NCBI GenBank assembly: GCA_021432655.1
Contig: MU271648.1
Span: 1-35,719 of the forward strand
Origin: Atractiella rhizophila
Lineage: Eukaryota
DNA length: 35,719 nucleotides
Direction of reading: 5' to 3'
Positions 9,644 through 22,151 of the stretch are shown piece by piece. Position 1 is the stretch's first letter. Each line of letters begins with the position of its first letter. The position numbers were made by a program, and so were the translations under genes. The notes under the pieces were generated by a model. The model ran no database searches and had not been told where the DNA came from. It worked only from the letters and a program-made list of their open reading frames with translations.

Positions 9644-12600
9644 ATGGTGGACCTGCGAGAATGCTGGCGTACGTTAGGAAGAGTTCTGCATTGCACTTCT
9701 ACCCTTTATTCCTCCGCTGTCCTGACATAGCTATCCTTAGTGTTACTTCAATGGCAGTCTTTACACTTTCTGAAATTCTTCCCCTATTGTTACAACGGCA
9801 AATGTTATGCTTCCCCATTCCCTAGTCCGCATTTTTCTTGAACGCGTCCACCCGACAACGCGTACAGTTTCGCCGGGAATCGGGGCTTCCGCTGCCTCCA
9901 TCATCAGTCTGCTGATTCCCCTGCATTTGCTTCGAAAGGTTTTGGTACTTACACGTTCTATTTCCGCGTGTCTGGTAAAGATAGCTGTTTGCATGCGTAA
10001 CATTGTGAAGTGGCAGTGGCAATATTTGCACATTTCTCTTTGAATAGAAGTTTGTCATTATCGGCGTGTTGTTATCTCGCCAATGAGCGTTCTCGACCTA
10101 TAAGTTTACTAACTGTCGCCATTCCAGAAACTTGAATACGACCTTTGTATCTCTGTTCCGCAGGAGCAATCGACAGTGAAGGATTCATCTCCTGAGAAAG
10201 AAGGCATAGCGAACGAGTCGAGGGCAGCGGATGGAAAGCCGTCTAACATCGGTCACCCCACGCCTCCCAGCTCGGATGATGCTCAACAAGACAAAGAAGG
10301 CAGGGCAGTCCAATTAGCTCCCAAGGCTTCCGCTCTTACGACCAGCGTTTCCTCAGCTCCCATGAGCATCGCCGTCGCTGGATTTACGGCGTTCCAGTCT
10401 CCTTCGATGAACCTGCTCACGGAGCCAAACCCTGCTCTTCCAACTCCGACACCTACCAATCCTCTACGCGGGGGCTCAGATCCGAAGGAAGAAGACGATG
10501 AGGAAGACGGTGAAGAAGACGATGAGGACAAAAGAGTCCCCCCTCCTCTCATTTATATCCCTACGATAGTTTCTCGACTTTTGGTCGCTGTGAGCACAGA
10601 TCGTACCGTCAAGTTCGTTTCCTCATACATTGCCTCCGAAAACTTGTACTTACGAGGTTTCAGGGAAAACAACTGGGAGGTCAAACTTCGCCGGCAATTC
10701 TGGAAAAAGTCTGAGTACCTCAGGTTACGCCAGAGTCCATTGGGCCAAGAACCAAACCTTAAGTATCCGAACGAGCCAGTCCTCCCTCGAGTGCATTGGG
10801 AAGATATGGATCTGGACGACCAAGTCTACGTCTTGCATACAATCTGCGAATGGCAGTTCCTCTGGAGCGCTGACAGATGGAGGAGTCAGTTGATGAAGAA
10901 CGCAGATGAAGGTGCTGCTTGGGTTTGTCTGCATTTCCCACCGTAAAATAGCAAGTTGACACAATTTCTTCGGCACAGCGTTTGGAATTCATTGGTCTCG
11001 ATGGCAGCGATAACAAATATTGGTTTTTTGACGATAACCGGCTCTGGATTCAACGAAATACTCCTGCGGAGGCCATAAAAGCGCGCGCTCGATGGGCCAA
11101 AGAACTTTCAAAGGCTCCAACTGAAAAGGGAACTCGATCTCGCCCTTCGCGTGCTATCGCAGCACTAGAGCAAGACAGCCCTGGACCGGCTATCAACGGA
11201 AGGGGGAAGAAGAGGAAGAGAATAGAAGAAGAGCCTCCTAGTGATCATTCCGATACGGAAAATGGTATCGAAACTGAGGATGGTGGAAGAGCTTCGAGAT
11301 CCAAATCTAAAGGTGGGAGGGGGAGAGGGAGGGGAAAAGGCGGCGTGGGAAGGAGGAGCTCACTGAGGGGTAAGCCTGCTGAAGAAACACCCGAGGTGGA
11401 GGATGAAGATGTTGAAGATGGCGCGGAAGGGACCTCCAAACCGACGACCAAGCCCCGAGCCCGCGGAAAGGGAAGTCGAAGGGGAAAAGGCAAGGGTAAA
11501 GGACGTGCCAAAGGTCGCGCGTCCAAGGTTCAAAAAGTAGAGGACGACAAGAGCCAGGAGGAAGAGGAGGCTGAGGAGCTGGAAGCTGAGGTTGAAGAAG
11601 AAGCGGAGGTGGAAGACCTCCTCGCTAGTCCCAAGACAAAGGTCGACGGAAGCGATGAGCCAGAAAAGGTCGATGACCAGTTTTCGAAAGGACGAAGAAC
11701 GCGATCTTCTAACAGGCTGAGTACCCTCGTGACTACGGCTGACAAAGTATGTGGCGGTTATTTCTTAGAGCCAAGTTCAGCGGGAAACGCGGCGTCGCTG
11801 ACCCTTTTATGTTTGAACAGAAACCGGGATCCGAACGCAAGGCCGGACGTAAAGGCGCACGGCCGCAATCGCCCGAAAACTCTCTTTCCCCTCTCAGTTC
11901 TGTTGATAACGATCGCGATGGAGGATTGGACAAGGATCAAGATGGAGATATCGACATGGGGGATCGACAGAATAAAGACATCAAGGAAGAGGAGATTGAG
12001 GTCGACATCCCACCTCTTGACATGGATAATGTGGCGTGGACGGAGTGGGAATGCGTTCGTGGATTGTTACTCCCTCACTTCGATACTCAGAGCATTTGTG
12101 GATAGATTTGCACCATCATACCGGAATGGAGAGCTTTTGCTGACGCCTTTTCGACATCCAACAACCCGGAGGAACTTAAACTTAGCCATTACATCCATGA
12201 CGAAGTCATTCCAGCTTTGATGAGGGAGTATAAAGTATGCGAGAGCCCCCTGGTTCCCACTCTGTTTGATATGCTGACATGCGTGAAATAGGAAAAGGAG
12301 CAAAAGAGGATGAAAGAAGAGGCCAAAATCGAGGCTCAAAATGCGGCTCGTAAACGGTCCACTCGGCTAGCGACGCGAGAGGCGGAGAAGGAGGAGGCAG
12401 CGCGTGCCAAAGCATTGCAGGACGACGATTCCCGCGCTAGTCGACTCGAGAAACGCAAAGCCGCAGAGGAAGCCAAACTTGCGGCTGAGGAAGAACGAAA
12501 GGCTAGACTTGCCGATCGGGAAGCAAGATTCCGTGCCCGTGAAGAAGCAGCTAGACTCCGCGCTGAGGGTCTTGATCCATCCGAGGCTCTCAAGGTATTG

Positions 12601-15405
12601 GAAGGAAATCCGGATTTGTCGCCGCAGAAACGAAAGAGGACAAGATATGCAGAAACCGATGCGATGACTGATGACGAAGAGAAAAGTGACGGCCCAAAAA
12701 GGAAGAAAAAGAAGGCAGAATCGAGCGATGAGGAATATGATCCTGATGAGGACAGTGAAGCTTCGACGGAGAAAGATGAGCCGGACTCGTGGTACTTGAA
12801 CTGCGAGGTGAGCATGTGCTCGATTGATTGTGCATTACTTATCGAGGTGCCACAGCATTGCGGGAAATCTGGCTTGGACGTGGTATGTCAAGTTGTTGAA
12901 AACTCACTCTGTTCTCAGCCTTACCTACGAATTAGGATGACGGCCATAAACTGGTGTGCTGCGATCAATGCGAGGAATGGTTAGTCCGAATTCAGAACCA
13001 ACATTACAAATTGTCATTGACGATGTTGTTGCAGGGTACATCTCAAGTGCCTAGCCAAAGCCGATAGGGAAGCTGGCCGGCCTGAGAAGGACTATCAAGA
13101 AGAAGACTTTCTTTGCGGACGTTGTCAGCGTGATCCTTCCCGAAGGAAACAAGAGCACACCTCCGGCAACTGGTCAGACGATGAATATGACGGTGGGGAT
13201 GGGACCACGAAGCGAAGACGAAACCGATCGCCACCGAAAGCTGCAAACGCCCGTTCTCGGGCTCCAGTAAAACATACTCAGAGCTCCCCTGCAATTCCTT
13301 CTGGTTCTTCCTTGACCCCCAAAGCCAAAGCTCCAACAGGGTTCTCGTCTCTTCATACTACTCCAAACCGTGCTCCTGCCCAGTCACCCGCTTATCGCTC
13401 GCAGACCATTGCTGGGATGCCCCCGAGCCCAGTGCAGGCTGGGACTCCGTTCCGCTCTGGCCCTCTTCGACCCCCTGGAACGCCAGCGCAACATTCTCTT
13501 TGGGGAGGCCCCGATCACAACACCGATCCTTACCCATACATCACTGTTTGGCACCAGCTTGTAAACGATCCGTCTTTGATGCACCGACTTCCTCCTGTTT
13601 TCCAAAACCACTTCGGTCAGCTTCTAGGCAAGATAGCCCCTCCACCCATCGATATTTATTGTAACATTGCCAACATGATCCGCAACGATATGACTGGAAC
13701 ACGCGTCGAACATCTCCCTCAACAGTTCCAGCCCTTTTTCCGGCCGTATGTTGTTCCTCTTCATGTCCGACAGGCTGCCACTCGTCAGGCGATGCTCGGC
13801 GGTTCTGGGGCTGCGACGACGCCGGAACAACAGCAGAAGTTGGCTCTTCTGATGCGACAGCAGCAGAATTTTACGCCAAACCGTCCATCTCCTTTGGGAC
13901 TAGGTGCCCAATCGTCGCCAAACTTCAGCGCTATGTTGGGCGGTCTAGGATTGGCGCTAGGAGGGAACGGTAGTAGCACCGCTCCTTCCGCTGGTATGCT
14001 GAGCAGTGTCCCACCCACAACCAACACGGTTCCTCCTGTCTCATCCCTCACCGGGACGGCATCATCATTCATCTCCTCTTTGGGCTCACCTCCGTCTATA
14101 ACCTCAATGATGGGAGCGGGAAATCCGGCTGTTTTCTCGCCGATGTCCCCGAGCATGTCCGTGACACCAGATTCCGCTGCCCTACTTTCGTCAATACCCA
14201 ACACGTCACCCGCCGTTGGAAGCCATACCACTCAGTCAGCTCCTACACTTCCTATTCTAGGAGTCACGTCTTCAGAGACTCCTGCGTCCATCACTACGGC
14301 AGGCGGCTCCAATGTAATTGTTCCGACGATGGGGACTGTTGCTCCCACAATCAATCCTCCAGTCGCTCACGGCTTTCCCAATGTCACACCTCTTCCCTCA
14401 GTTTCTGGCATGATCAATACCTCGAATGCTTTCCAATTCGCCCCAACGAACGGTACAATCACTACGGGAAGTCCTGCCCAAGGAATTCCTGCTTCCAATC
14501 CGTTGCAGAACATGATCGGTGGGATCGGCGGAGGGTCCCTGAACGGATATGGTAGCTTTGGAGCTGTCGGCGGATTTCCCGGTGTAGGAATGGGTGGGAT
14601 AGGAAGCATGGGAAATTTGAACACCATACCTGGCCTGGGGAGTGTACCTATGGCTGGATCTGTGAACAGCATGCATGGATGGGTAGGTATGGGTGGATTC
14701 AATGGAATGGGAGCAGTTGGAGGAATGGGAATGACAGGAAGCGTGAGCGGATTCGGTGGCATGGGGGGTGGCTTCAATTTCTTTCAGTCCACTGGCACTT
14801 CCACACCGGCTATAACCCTCGGAGCAACCGTTCCTCAAGCTTCTACATCCCCCTCGCTTCTGGGCCTTCACACTGCCCCAGTTCCAGCCATTGTCACAAC
14901 TCCACCGTCACCCCATGACATTCCACCTGCCGCCAGCGCACTACCGAGCGTGGCCAACATCCCTCAAGGTTTGGCCACGCATGGAAACACCGAACCCACA
15001 GGATCAGCCATAACATCTTCGCTAATGCACACCGCAGGAGTCACAGCTGTTCCTTCGTCGTACCCACCTACATCCGTTCCCACCACCACTGAAGCAACAC
15101 CTAATCTCCCAGCCACGGAAGGTTCAATACCATCCTTTTCTCCCATGCATATCGCGGTTCCAGTCCCTGTTGCCGCTGAATCGACGAAAGAAGTTTTACA
15201 AACGTCCTCCGAAACACCCATGGCGCCACCGTCCATAGCTCACGGCACTGATCAATCACCCCAGGCCCCTGCTCCCCCACAAGAAGTTGCCATAGCCATC
15301 ACAACTTCCTCATCAAATGGCGGAGCCACTGAGATCATCGGCTCCTTTGCTGGGATGGATACTGGAGCTTCAGTGCCAGATCCGACCAGCCTTCAGACGA
15401 CATGA
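9644..15405 (+). CDS. DDT/WHIM1/WSD + PHD-finger protein (RSF1-like putative ISWI chromatin-remodeller accessory subunit), multi-exon
   Basis: WHIM1-like WEDMDLDDQVYVLHTICEWQ, WHIM2-like WRLEFIGLDGSDNKYWFFDDNRLW and WHIM3-like EWECICTIIPEWRAF..LSHYIHDEVIP. The spliced PHD reads CEHCGKSG..LVCCDQCEEWVHLKC..FLCGRC and continues in frame into ORF 13312-15405. The 5' end (MVDLRECW at 9644 .. KLEYDL exon at 10128) is tentative. Confidence 0.8.
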
Positions 15406-15735
15406 AAGCGGCTGGACTTTACATCCCAGGAATGGTGGGGGATGCAACTCGGCTCTTCGATTCGATTTACAACGTAGCTTTCTTCTGTTCTTATTATTTC
15501 GTACTTGCAGTTGTGAAGTTAGTATAATGTCTCCAATGGAAATAAACTTGGTGACAGCCAAAGTCAGCTCTCACACCCAATTTGGCTCAATCTGCCTCCT
15601 AAGTATTCGATTTCAACTTGAATAACATAAATATGTTAATGCTGCGGTTGGGTTGGCGCACGTTCTCACATTTATTCAACACTTAGATACATCTTCCAAG
15701 ATGCATAGGATGCATACAAAGAACTCAGCCCACGT

Positions 15736-17066
15736 TCAGGCACTAAAAGTTTCAATTTCCCTTCGTTTGTTACTACCCGGCTCTTTCTCCGCATCTTCCA
15801 ATTTCCTCTTCCTCTCCAAGAGTATATCTGCCTCTGGCGGTGCTTCCATGGTCGACACTTTCGATCCTTCCTCTCCCTCAGACTCACTGTCATAGCCATA
15901 CCCAACAAGCGCAGGAGCAAGCATCAGCACTTCGGAGCCCTCCTTGTCAGCTTTCGTCTCCTCAGATTGCAGAAATTTTCTCTCCGTCCAATGCGCGGAC
16001 CATTTCCCTCCTTTGTGAAGAAAGCTGAACCGTTCATCAGATGAATGCTTAGCCATGATCTGAATTTCGAGCATGCGAGGATTGGACGATTTTGAGAGGG
16101 AAGTGTGGAGCCGTTTCATTAAATCAATGGTTCCATCTGGTGGCTGGACGAAGGAAATAAGTATTATCGTTCGCTTTAAGCATGATTATGGAATTCCAGC
16201 GTACATCACCTCAACTGGCTATCTCCCATACTGCATGCTGCCCAACGGTCGAGGGAAGAGGAAATAAGGTAGACATCAAGAAACTTACTTCTTCCTCATC
16301 TTCTCCTCTCTCCTCTTTCTCCCGTTCTTTCATCCTCAACTCGCGCTGCTGCTCACGGAGTCGAATTCTTGCTTCTCGTGCGGCGTCAATGTCCGAGCTT
16401 CCAACTTCTTGGTGAGGGCACGTGGAGTGATTGCTCGAGGAACTTTGTGATCTATGGTTCATTGTCAGAATGGAGCAAACTGAGAAATGCGTTTGGCATA
16501 AGGCGACTTGCTACGGAGGGTACACACCAGGCCCATGACCATCTTTAGATCGCCTCTCGGGGATATTCTCTCTCCTCCATGTTCCTTGGAGCATGCCAGT
16601 AAATTTTTTAAGATTGGAACTTGGACAAAGCAAATCACTATGAAAGCGGACTTGGGCCTGGCAGCCAAATGGTCCTGCAACATCACTCAGGTCTCTGGCT
16701 ATCGTTTCCCGGCCCTTAATTTAACAAGTAAACTGCTTTTCAAAGGGGATGGTGTAAGCATCGTCTTTTGGTGCAGCAAAAACGACATCATTATTACTCT
16801 CAAACCTACACAAAAGAGAGGTTGTGAAGTTATTCAAGTGGGAAGCGACACTAGGAGGCGAAGCAAAGAGTATCTCACCTTTGTTCATGTTCATGTTCTC
16901 CGGAGTCAATCGAGTTCTCCGCTACCAGGACTTCCCCTTCCACAACGTTACGCACCACTGCCTTCTCGACTTCCTCTTCATCGTCGTGTATTATGAGAGA
17001 ACGTGCTGTAATTTTCTCCACAGCCATAGCCATGGTCGTCCGTTGGAGTCCACTAACCCGCGCCAT
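15736..17066 (-). CDS. SWAP/SURP-domain splicing-factor-like protein (suppressor of white-apricot-like)
   Basis: Last exon (from 16143) PPDGTIDLMKRLHTSLSKSSNPRMLEIQIMAKHSSDERFSFL..KW resembles a SURP module, followed by ALVGYGYDSESE. Productive model uses introns 16878-16452 and 16288-16144. Start ATG is 17066 or 17033. Confidence 0.62.
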
Positions 17067-17164
17067 TTGAAATGCAAGCGACACAAGGAAAGATCAATCG
17101 CGCAGAGGAATAAATGCACGCTTCCCGGTCAAATGACACTAGAGTAATAGAAGTGTATTTTACA

Positions 17165-18017
17165 TCAGCTACATGTCGTAGTCATGCCTGGTTCCAAGAC
17201 CCCCAGCTCCCACGTTTTCCCACTCCAGAACACTCTTCCACCCTTAAAAAGACCTTTATGGTTCATCTCCAATTCCGGTGCTTTTTCAAACCTTCGCATA
17301 ACACATCATTAGTACTATGGAATACGACATAAAACAAACATACTTGTTCATGATCAATCCCCATCGAATGAGTGAGAACTTCCCAAAAGGAGAAGCGGCC
17401 CCTGCTGCTACAGTCGACGGTGGGGCAGGAGAAGGATGATAAACATATCCTGATTCCGGATCCACTTTCAAAGACTCAGGCTGGAAAGGAAGTTTGGATG
17501 ATCCGGAGCCCCAGCGTAATGTTCCTGAGAAAGTGTTCCTCATCTCTTTTCATCATAGAACCTGACGACGTACCATCGTCCTCCAAATCAAGAAACACAA
17601 CCAGCGTATCTGCGCTCCTGACCAAATTTACCTCGCCCATACAAATCGATTTGAACTTATAACCCTCCTCGCGATATTTATCGAACGTTGATCCTTGCAT
17701 TTCGTTCCAAGACATCGAGCGGTAGAATTGGTTGAGAAACACCTTGTCTCGCTGAGCAGTCGTGAAGTTTTTGTGTTTCGTGCTTCCATACAAGTCTTGA
17801 TTAGCAGGTTCACGGTGCTGTGACAAGTGAATGAGTGACTAACGATGAAAGGAAGACCAGGCCATTCATGTCAACCTAGGAGATCGATGCGTCGGAACTA
17901 CGGTTGACAATAAAAGCTTACGTCGTACGTATAAATCCTGGGATTATGTGCTGTTACACCGGTAGACAACACTCTGCAGCTTGGGCGGCGCCATCCAAAG
18001 GAGCTCGGAGGCTTCAT
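17165..18017 (-). CDS. DUF4505 / UPF0598 (C8orf82-like) protein, probably mitochondrial, 5 exons
   Basis: Spliced product MKPPSSFGWRRPSCRVLST..RIYTYDVDMNGLVFLSSTKHKNFTTAQRDKVFLNQFY..YKFKSICMGEVNLVRSADTLVVF..PFQPESLKVDPESGYVYHP matches the family pattern RxYFYxxDxxGxLFL..KNF, PFxP, GxxYHP. N-terminus is basic and lacks acidic residues. Confidence 0.8.
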
Positions 18018-18986
18018 GTGATATTTTTCCTCAGAGCAGATCTCAATAAGAGGGAGATTGAAGAGTTGGCGTTCTGTGATACGCTGTCAGCAATGGGTTT
18101 ACCTTTACTTAGATCTGATTTTCAACATGGATCATGGAAGTTCCTATCAGGGACAAATGAATTAAGAGGAGGATCTGGTCACTTAATTGTGTCATAGGAC
18201 CCCCCGAGTCGCGTAATTGAGAATCAAGTTCCAATGCCTCTGTGAGAGAAAATGAAGTGGGGAGGGAGCACTACTCTTCCTGAGTGTTGAAGTGCCCTCG
18301 TCGTAAAGGAGCGGGGCAGCTATAACGTACTGGACTACGAAATTTAACACTCAAATCCTACTACCGTCACCTGGCAAACTTGAATCAGCCTGGGCCACAG
18401 CAAAGCGAAATGCGCAGAATGATCGTAGCATGACCCAAGGCTGCAGAATAACCATTTCACGGAAGCAAATGTGCACCAAACAGAGGCCATGTTTCGAGAC
18501 CCATATTCACAGACTCTCTCCGGGAGGCCGCTTCATTTCGCCTTGATTTCCTTCGATAAAAGCCCAAGATTTGCTGCAATCTCTCGGCCCTCATATCAAC
18601 AGCGGGGATCACGCCTCTACGACAATAATCGCCTTTTAGTCGTAGACTCTCCACATCATCTGCCTCAACTAGGCGTCTCTCCTGCGACCTCCATCGCGCT
18701 CACTCTGCTTTAAACCATCACACGTTGACAGAGGTTCTCAGTCAGGTCCTCTGTCGCTTTGTTGGCACCTTGGGATCTTTCATCACGCTGGGTCGCATGC
18801 ACTCTCTCGTAGACTGGGTCCTTCTTGTCTCTGACCGAGACATACGATCTCTAGCAATGAAGCGGAGATCCAGTCGAGAACCCTTGGAGTCATTCATTTT
18901 TTATTGTTTGAGCAACACCGCGTTGCAGGGCATTTTCAGACTTTCACGTACACAGCTGGCAAACTTCCTTCAAATTTCATATTGAA

Positions 18987-20741
18987 TTATTCATCATATT
19001 TGATTCTCCGTTCGATTTGGTAACTAAAAAACTCCAATTCTTCAACCACGAATCTTGTCCCAAGTCTCTCTCTCAGGTTTTCATAGGCGGACCATTGCTT
19101 TTGGTTCAAGTTAAGTCTTGGAACTCTGCCAGATCGATACATACGTTGAAACTTGAGTCTCTCCAACTGATCTGTCCAAGCTGAACCAGAAAGGAACGTG
19201 ATTAATGGTGCAAATCCTCCGTTGCTGCCATAATCGAAAAAACAGAAGGGCCCTGACCAACTTGGCGCAAGATGAAGTCGGAAGTCGAGACGTTTGGCGG
19301 CACAGGAACCTTTGGTAAAAGGTAACGAATCAAAGTCGCTGCCTTCGCTACGTGAACGAGAGAAATCGCCTGAAAGGCGCATGTCCTGGATGCCAGGAAT
19401 AGTGTGACCTGAAGTGAGGAGAAAGTGCAACGCTTCAAAGGAACTCTCTAGGAAAATGTCGAGCATTTGAGGTTGCGAGATCTGGAGGAAAGATTTGAGC
19501 TCCGCTACAGAAACGAATGTGGTTAAATTCGTGTCAAGTCGCATGAGCTTGTGAGGATGCAAGACAGGATCGAAAACAGGTTTTATGAACTTGATCGACA
19601 GGTCTTCAGAATCAAAACAGATGCTCAATCTCTGCAGATGCTGAAAGTTGCATAGGAACTCTTGAGCTCGTGCATCGTCTTCGTCCGACATTATTGGAAC
19701 ATCTTTCAGCTTCAATCTCACCAAACGTGATGACAGGCGCAGGTGTGGAAAGGAATCGACCAGGTTTCCTAAGAAGTCTGTGGAGAGTTTAAGCGTTTCC
19801 AAAAGAGGTAGAATCGGAGCGACGAGTTGATGTTCCTCATCATAGCGCACCACAATGCCTCTGCAATAACCATTCATATCTAACTCTCGGAGGGTATCCT
19901 TGACGAAGTGGAGGAGCGGGAAAAATGCAGGCCAGAAACGAGGATATCTTTCGGTGTCAAACCTAACGGACCGGAAGGCTGTAAGAGACGTGAGAGTTCT
20001 TGCTGATGCTGAAAAGAAAGCTGTCTCGGAAGGACGAATGGCACTGATGACAAGGTCGTTGAGTGCAAAAGCAGCCGGAGAGGACTGCGATGCATGAACA
20101 TCTCGCAATTCAAGGTGTTTCAAAGCTTTGCAATCTTCTAACCCAGTAAACCAATCTTGAAGAACTGGGTTGGTCATACCCACGCTCGATCGAATCCAGA
20201 GTATCCTGAGATTTGGAGGTAATCGTAGTCGAGCCTCAGCCGACGGACATTTCCTCGGACCCTTCATCTCCCACAGCAGGATATCCATCGTTTCCAGTTG
20301 ACCGACCAGAGAGTTCAGAACTTCGCCCAAAACATCCCACAGACCCATCCAATTTGCTTCCCTAGCGAGTTCTCGCGATTCTCCGGGATAGTTAACGAAC
20401 AAATGCCTGACGTGAGAACATCGCGTCCTTGACTGGCGCATGAACAAAAGAATCCCCTCCATATTCGTCACAGAAAGTCTGAGTAACTTGTCAACAAAGG
20501 GGAGAGAGTGTGTGCTCCATTGTTTGCAAACTAGCGAGCAAGGTTGGATGTGGGCATTTGACAGCGTCGTAACCCAGATGGATGGCGTATCTTCATCCCC
20601 AGCATAGAGTCGCGGTTCGTCAATCCAATGATCAACAAGAATTTCGAAGATTTGGAGCAGCAATTCAACAGGGAGTGATCGAATGGTCGCCATCAGAGGT
20701 ATTGGTGTTGTCAACAAGTCTGAAGTGGAAGAGAGTGCCAT
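18987..20741 (-). CDS. F-box protein with LRR-like C-terminal region, intronless (~584 aa)
   Basis: IRSLPVELLLQIFEIL..CSLVCKQW F-box motif, followed by repeated LxxLxL segments (LETMDI, LRILWI, LKHLEL, LRELDM, LETLKL, LQRLSI). First ATG is at 20741. Confidence 0.85.
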   Translation of the reverse strand: MALSSTSDLLTTPIPLMATIRSLPVELLLQIFEILVDHWIDEPRLYAGDEDTPSIWVTTLSNAHIQPCSLVCKQWSTHSLPFVDKLLRLSVTNMEGILLFMRQSRTRCSHVRHLFVNYPGESRELAREANWMGLWDVLGEVLNSLVGQLETMDILLWEMKGPRKCPSAEARLRLPPNLRILWIRSSVGMTNPVLQDWFTGLEDCKALKHLELRDVHASQSSPAAFALNDLVISAIRPSETAFFSASARTLTSLTAFRSVRFDTERYPRFWPAFFPLLHFVKDTLRELDMNGYCRGIVVRYDEEHQLVAPILPLLETLKLSTDFLGNLVDSFPHLRLSSRLVRLKLKDVPIMSDEDDARAQEFLCNFQHLQRLSICFDSEDLSIKFIKPVFDPVLHPHKLMRLDTNLTTFVSVAELKSFLQISQPQMLDIFLESSFEALHFLLTSGHTIPGIQDMRLSGDFSRSRSEGSDFDSLPFTKGSCAAKRLDFRLHLAPSWSGPFCFFDYGSNGGFAPLITFLSGSAWTDQLERLKFQRMYRSGRVPRLNLNQKQWSAYENLRERLGTRFVVEELEFFSYQIERRIKYDE

Positions 20742-21085
20742 TAGTTCCGCACAAGTACGAGCACAGAAAAACACTAGTACCGGATGAGGGATGTTTCTAG
20801 CCTGCTCAAAGCTTCGAATGCTGAATTTTTCTTCTGATCCTGACGTGAGATCGTTGGATTCGTCGTCGTTTTAATCAACACTCGAATATAGGGTCACTGG
20901 TATGTTTTGCCGCCGCAACATTCATTTCATTACTCTTCCGTGACCATTTTACTTTTGCGAGAAGGACGACAGGAATCGGAGATGAAAGCGGCACTGTGCT
21001 TGCGGTGGACGTTATGACCAAGGTGGGAATGTTGGTTTTGTGCATTATTCTGACTTTGAGAATTTGGGAAAGCAAGGCGTTCCTG

Positions 21086-22151
21086 AATGTGCTACGACAT
21101 TGCTGTCTTATTTACATCTTGAGGCTATCAAAAGCTCGAAATAAATGGAAAGAGACCGGCGCCTCAAGAAAGGTGACAACTATTGGGGCTAAGAATACAA
21201 GTAGAGCCGGTACTTGCTTTGATATTAGCGGTCTATCTCTGCCGTGTGATACGCAGGTGTCTCAGATTCGAGCGCGCTTGTATTCCTCGTTTATCGCTTC
21301 CTAAATTGTGGCCCATAACTGTGTGTGCCTTCCCCGTGTCTTTTCTGCACTGAATGGCACTGAAACCTCTGCGGTGCTTAAAGATGGCCCCTTGGAACCC
21401 ACTTTTGACTGATGGAGTTGGGATTGGTTGGCAAACCCCTCTTCGATCGCCCACTCTCCTTTATTTCTTTGGAGCGGGGGCATCCTCGCGATCTTTTCTC
21501 GGGGGAGAAATTCGATGAGTCTTTATCAGTCTAATCGACATTCATCTCCTCAGGCTATGAAGGATTCGGATCATCTCTTTCAGCAGAAGTGGAGAACCTT
21601 TGTCGAAGGGGCTTACGAAAATGTGCTACGACATTGCTGTCTTATTTACATCTTGAGGCTATCAAAAGCTCGAAATAAATGGAACGAGACCGGCGCCTCA
21701 AGAAAGGTGACAACGATTGGGCTAAGAATGCAAGTAGATCCGGTACTTGCTTTGATATTCGCGGTCTATCTCTGCCGTGTGATACGCAGGTTTCTCAGAT
21801 TCGAGGCGCTTGTATTCCTCGTTTATCGCTTCCTAAATTGTGGCCCATAACTGTGTGTGCCTTCCCCGTGTCTTTTCTGCACTGAATGGCGCTGAAACCT
21901 CTGCGGTGCTTAAAGATGGCCCCCTTGGAACCCACTTTTGACTGATGGAGTTGGGATTGGTTGGTAAACCCCTCTTCGATCGCCCACTCTCCTTTATTTC
22001 TTTGGAGCGGGGGCATCCTCGCGATCTTTTTTCGGGGGAGAAATTCGATGAGTCTTTATCGGTCTAATCGACATTCATCTGCCCAGGCTATGAAGGATCC
22101 GGATCATCTCTTTCAGCAGAAGTGGAGAACCTTTGTCGAAGGGGCTTACGA
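21086..22151 (+). repeat. Direct tandem duplication, 2 x ~533 bp (21086-21618 and 21620-22151)
   Basis: Both units start AATGTGCTACGACATTGCTGTC and end GTCGAAGGGGCTTACGA. They are near-identical with scattered substitutions and small indels. Confidence 0.95.

Noticed and set aside
9740..10060. Two weakly similar segments (CAATGGCAGTCTTTACAC / CAGTGGCAATATTTGCAC) as mutually exclusive DDT exons
   Set aside because: Similarity is too short, and I could not build a consistent reading frame through either to the exon at 10128.
10283..15236. Many minus-strand ORFs over the PHD gene
   Set aside because: Antisense shadows of biased-codon, low-complexity coding sequence.
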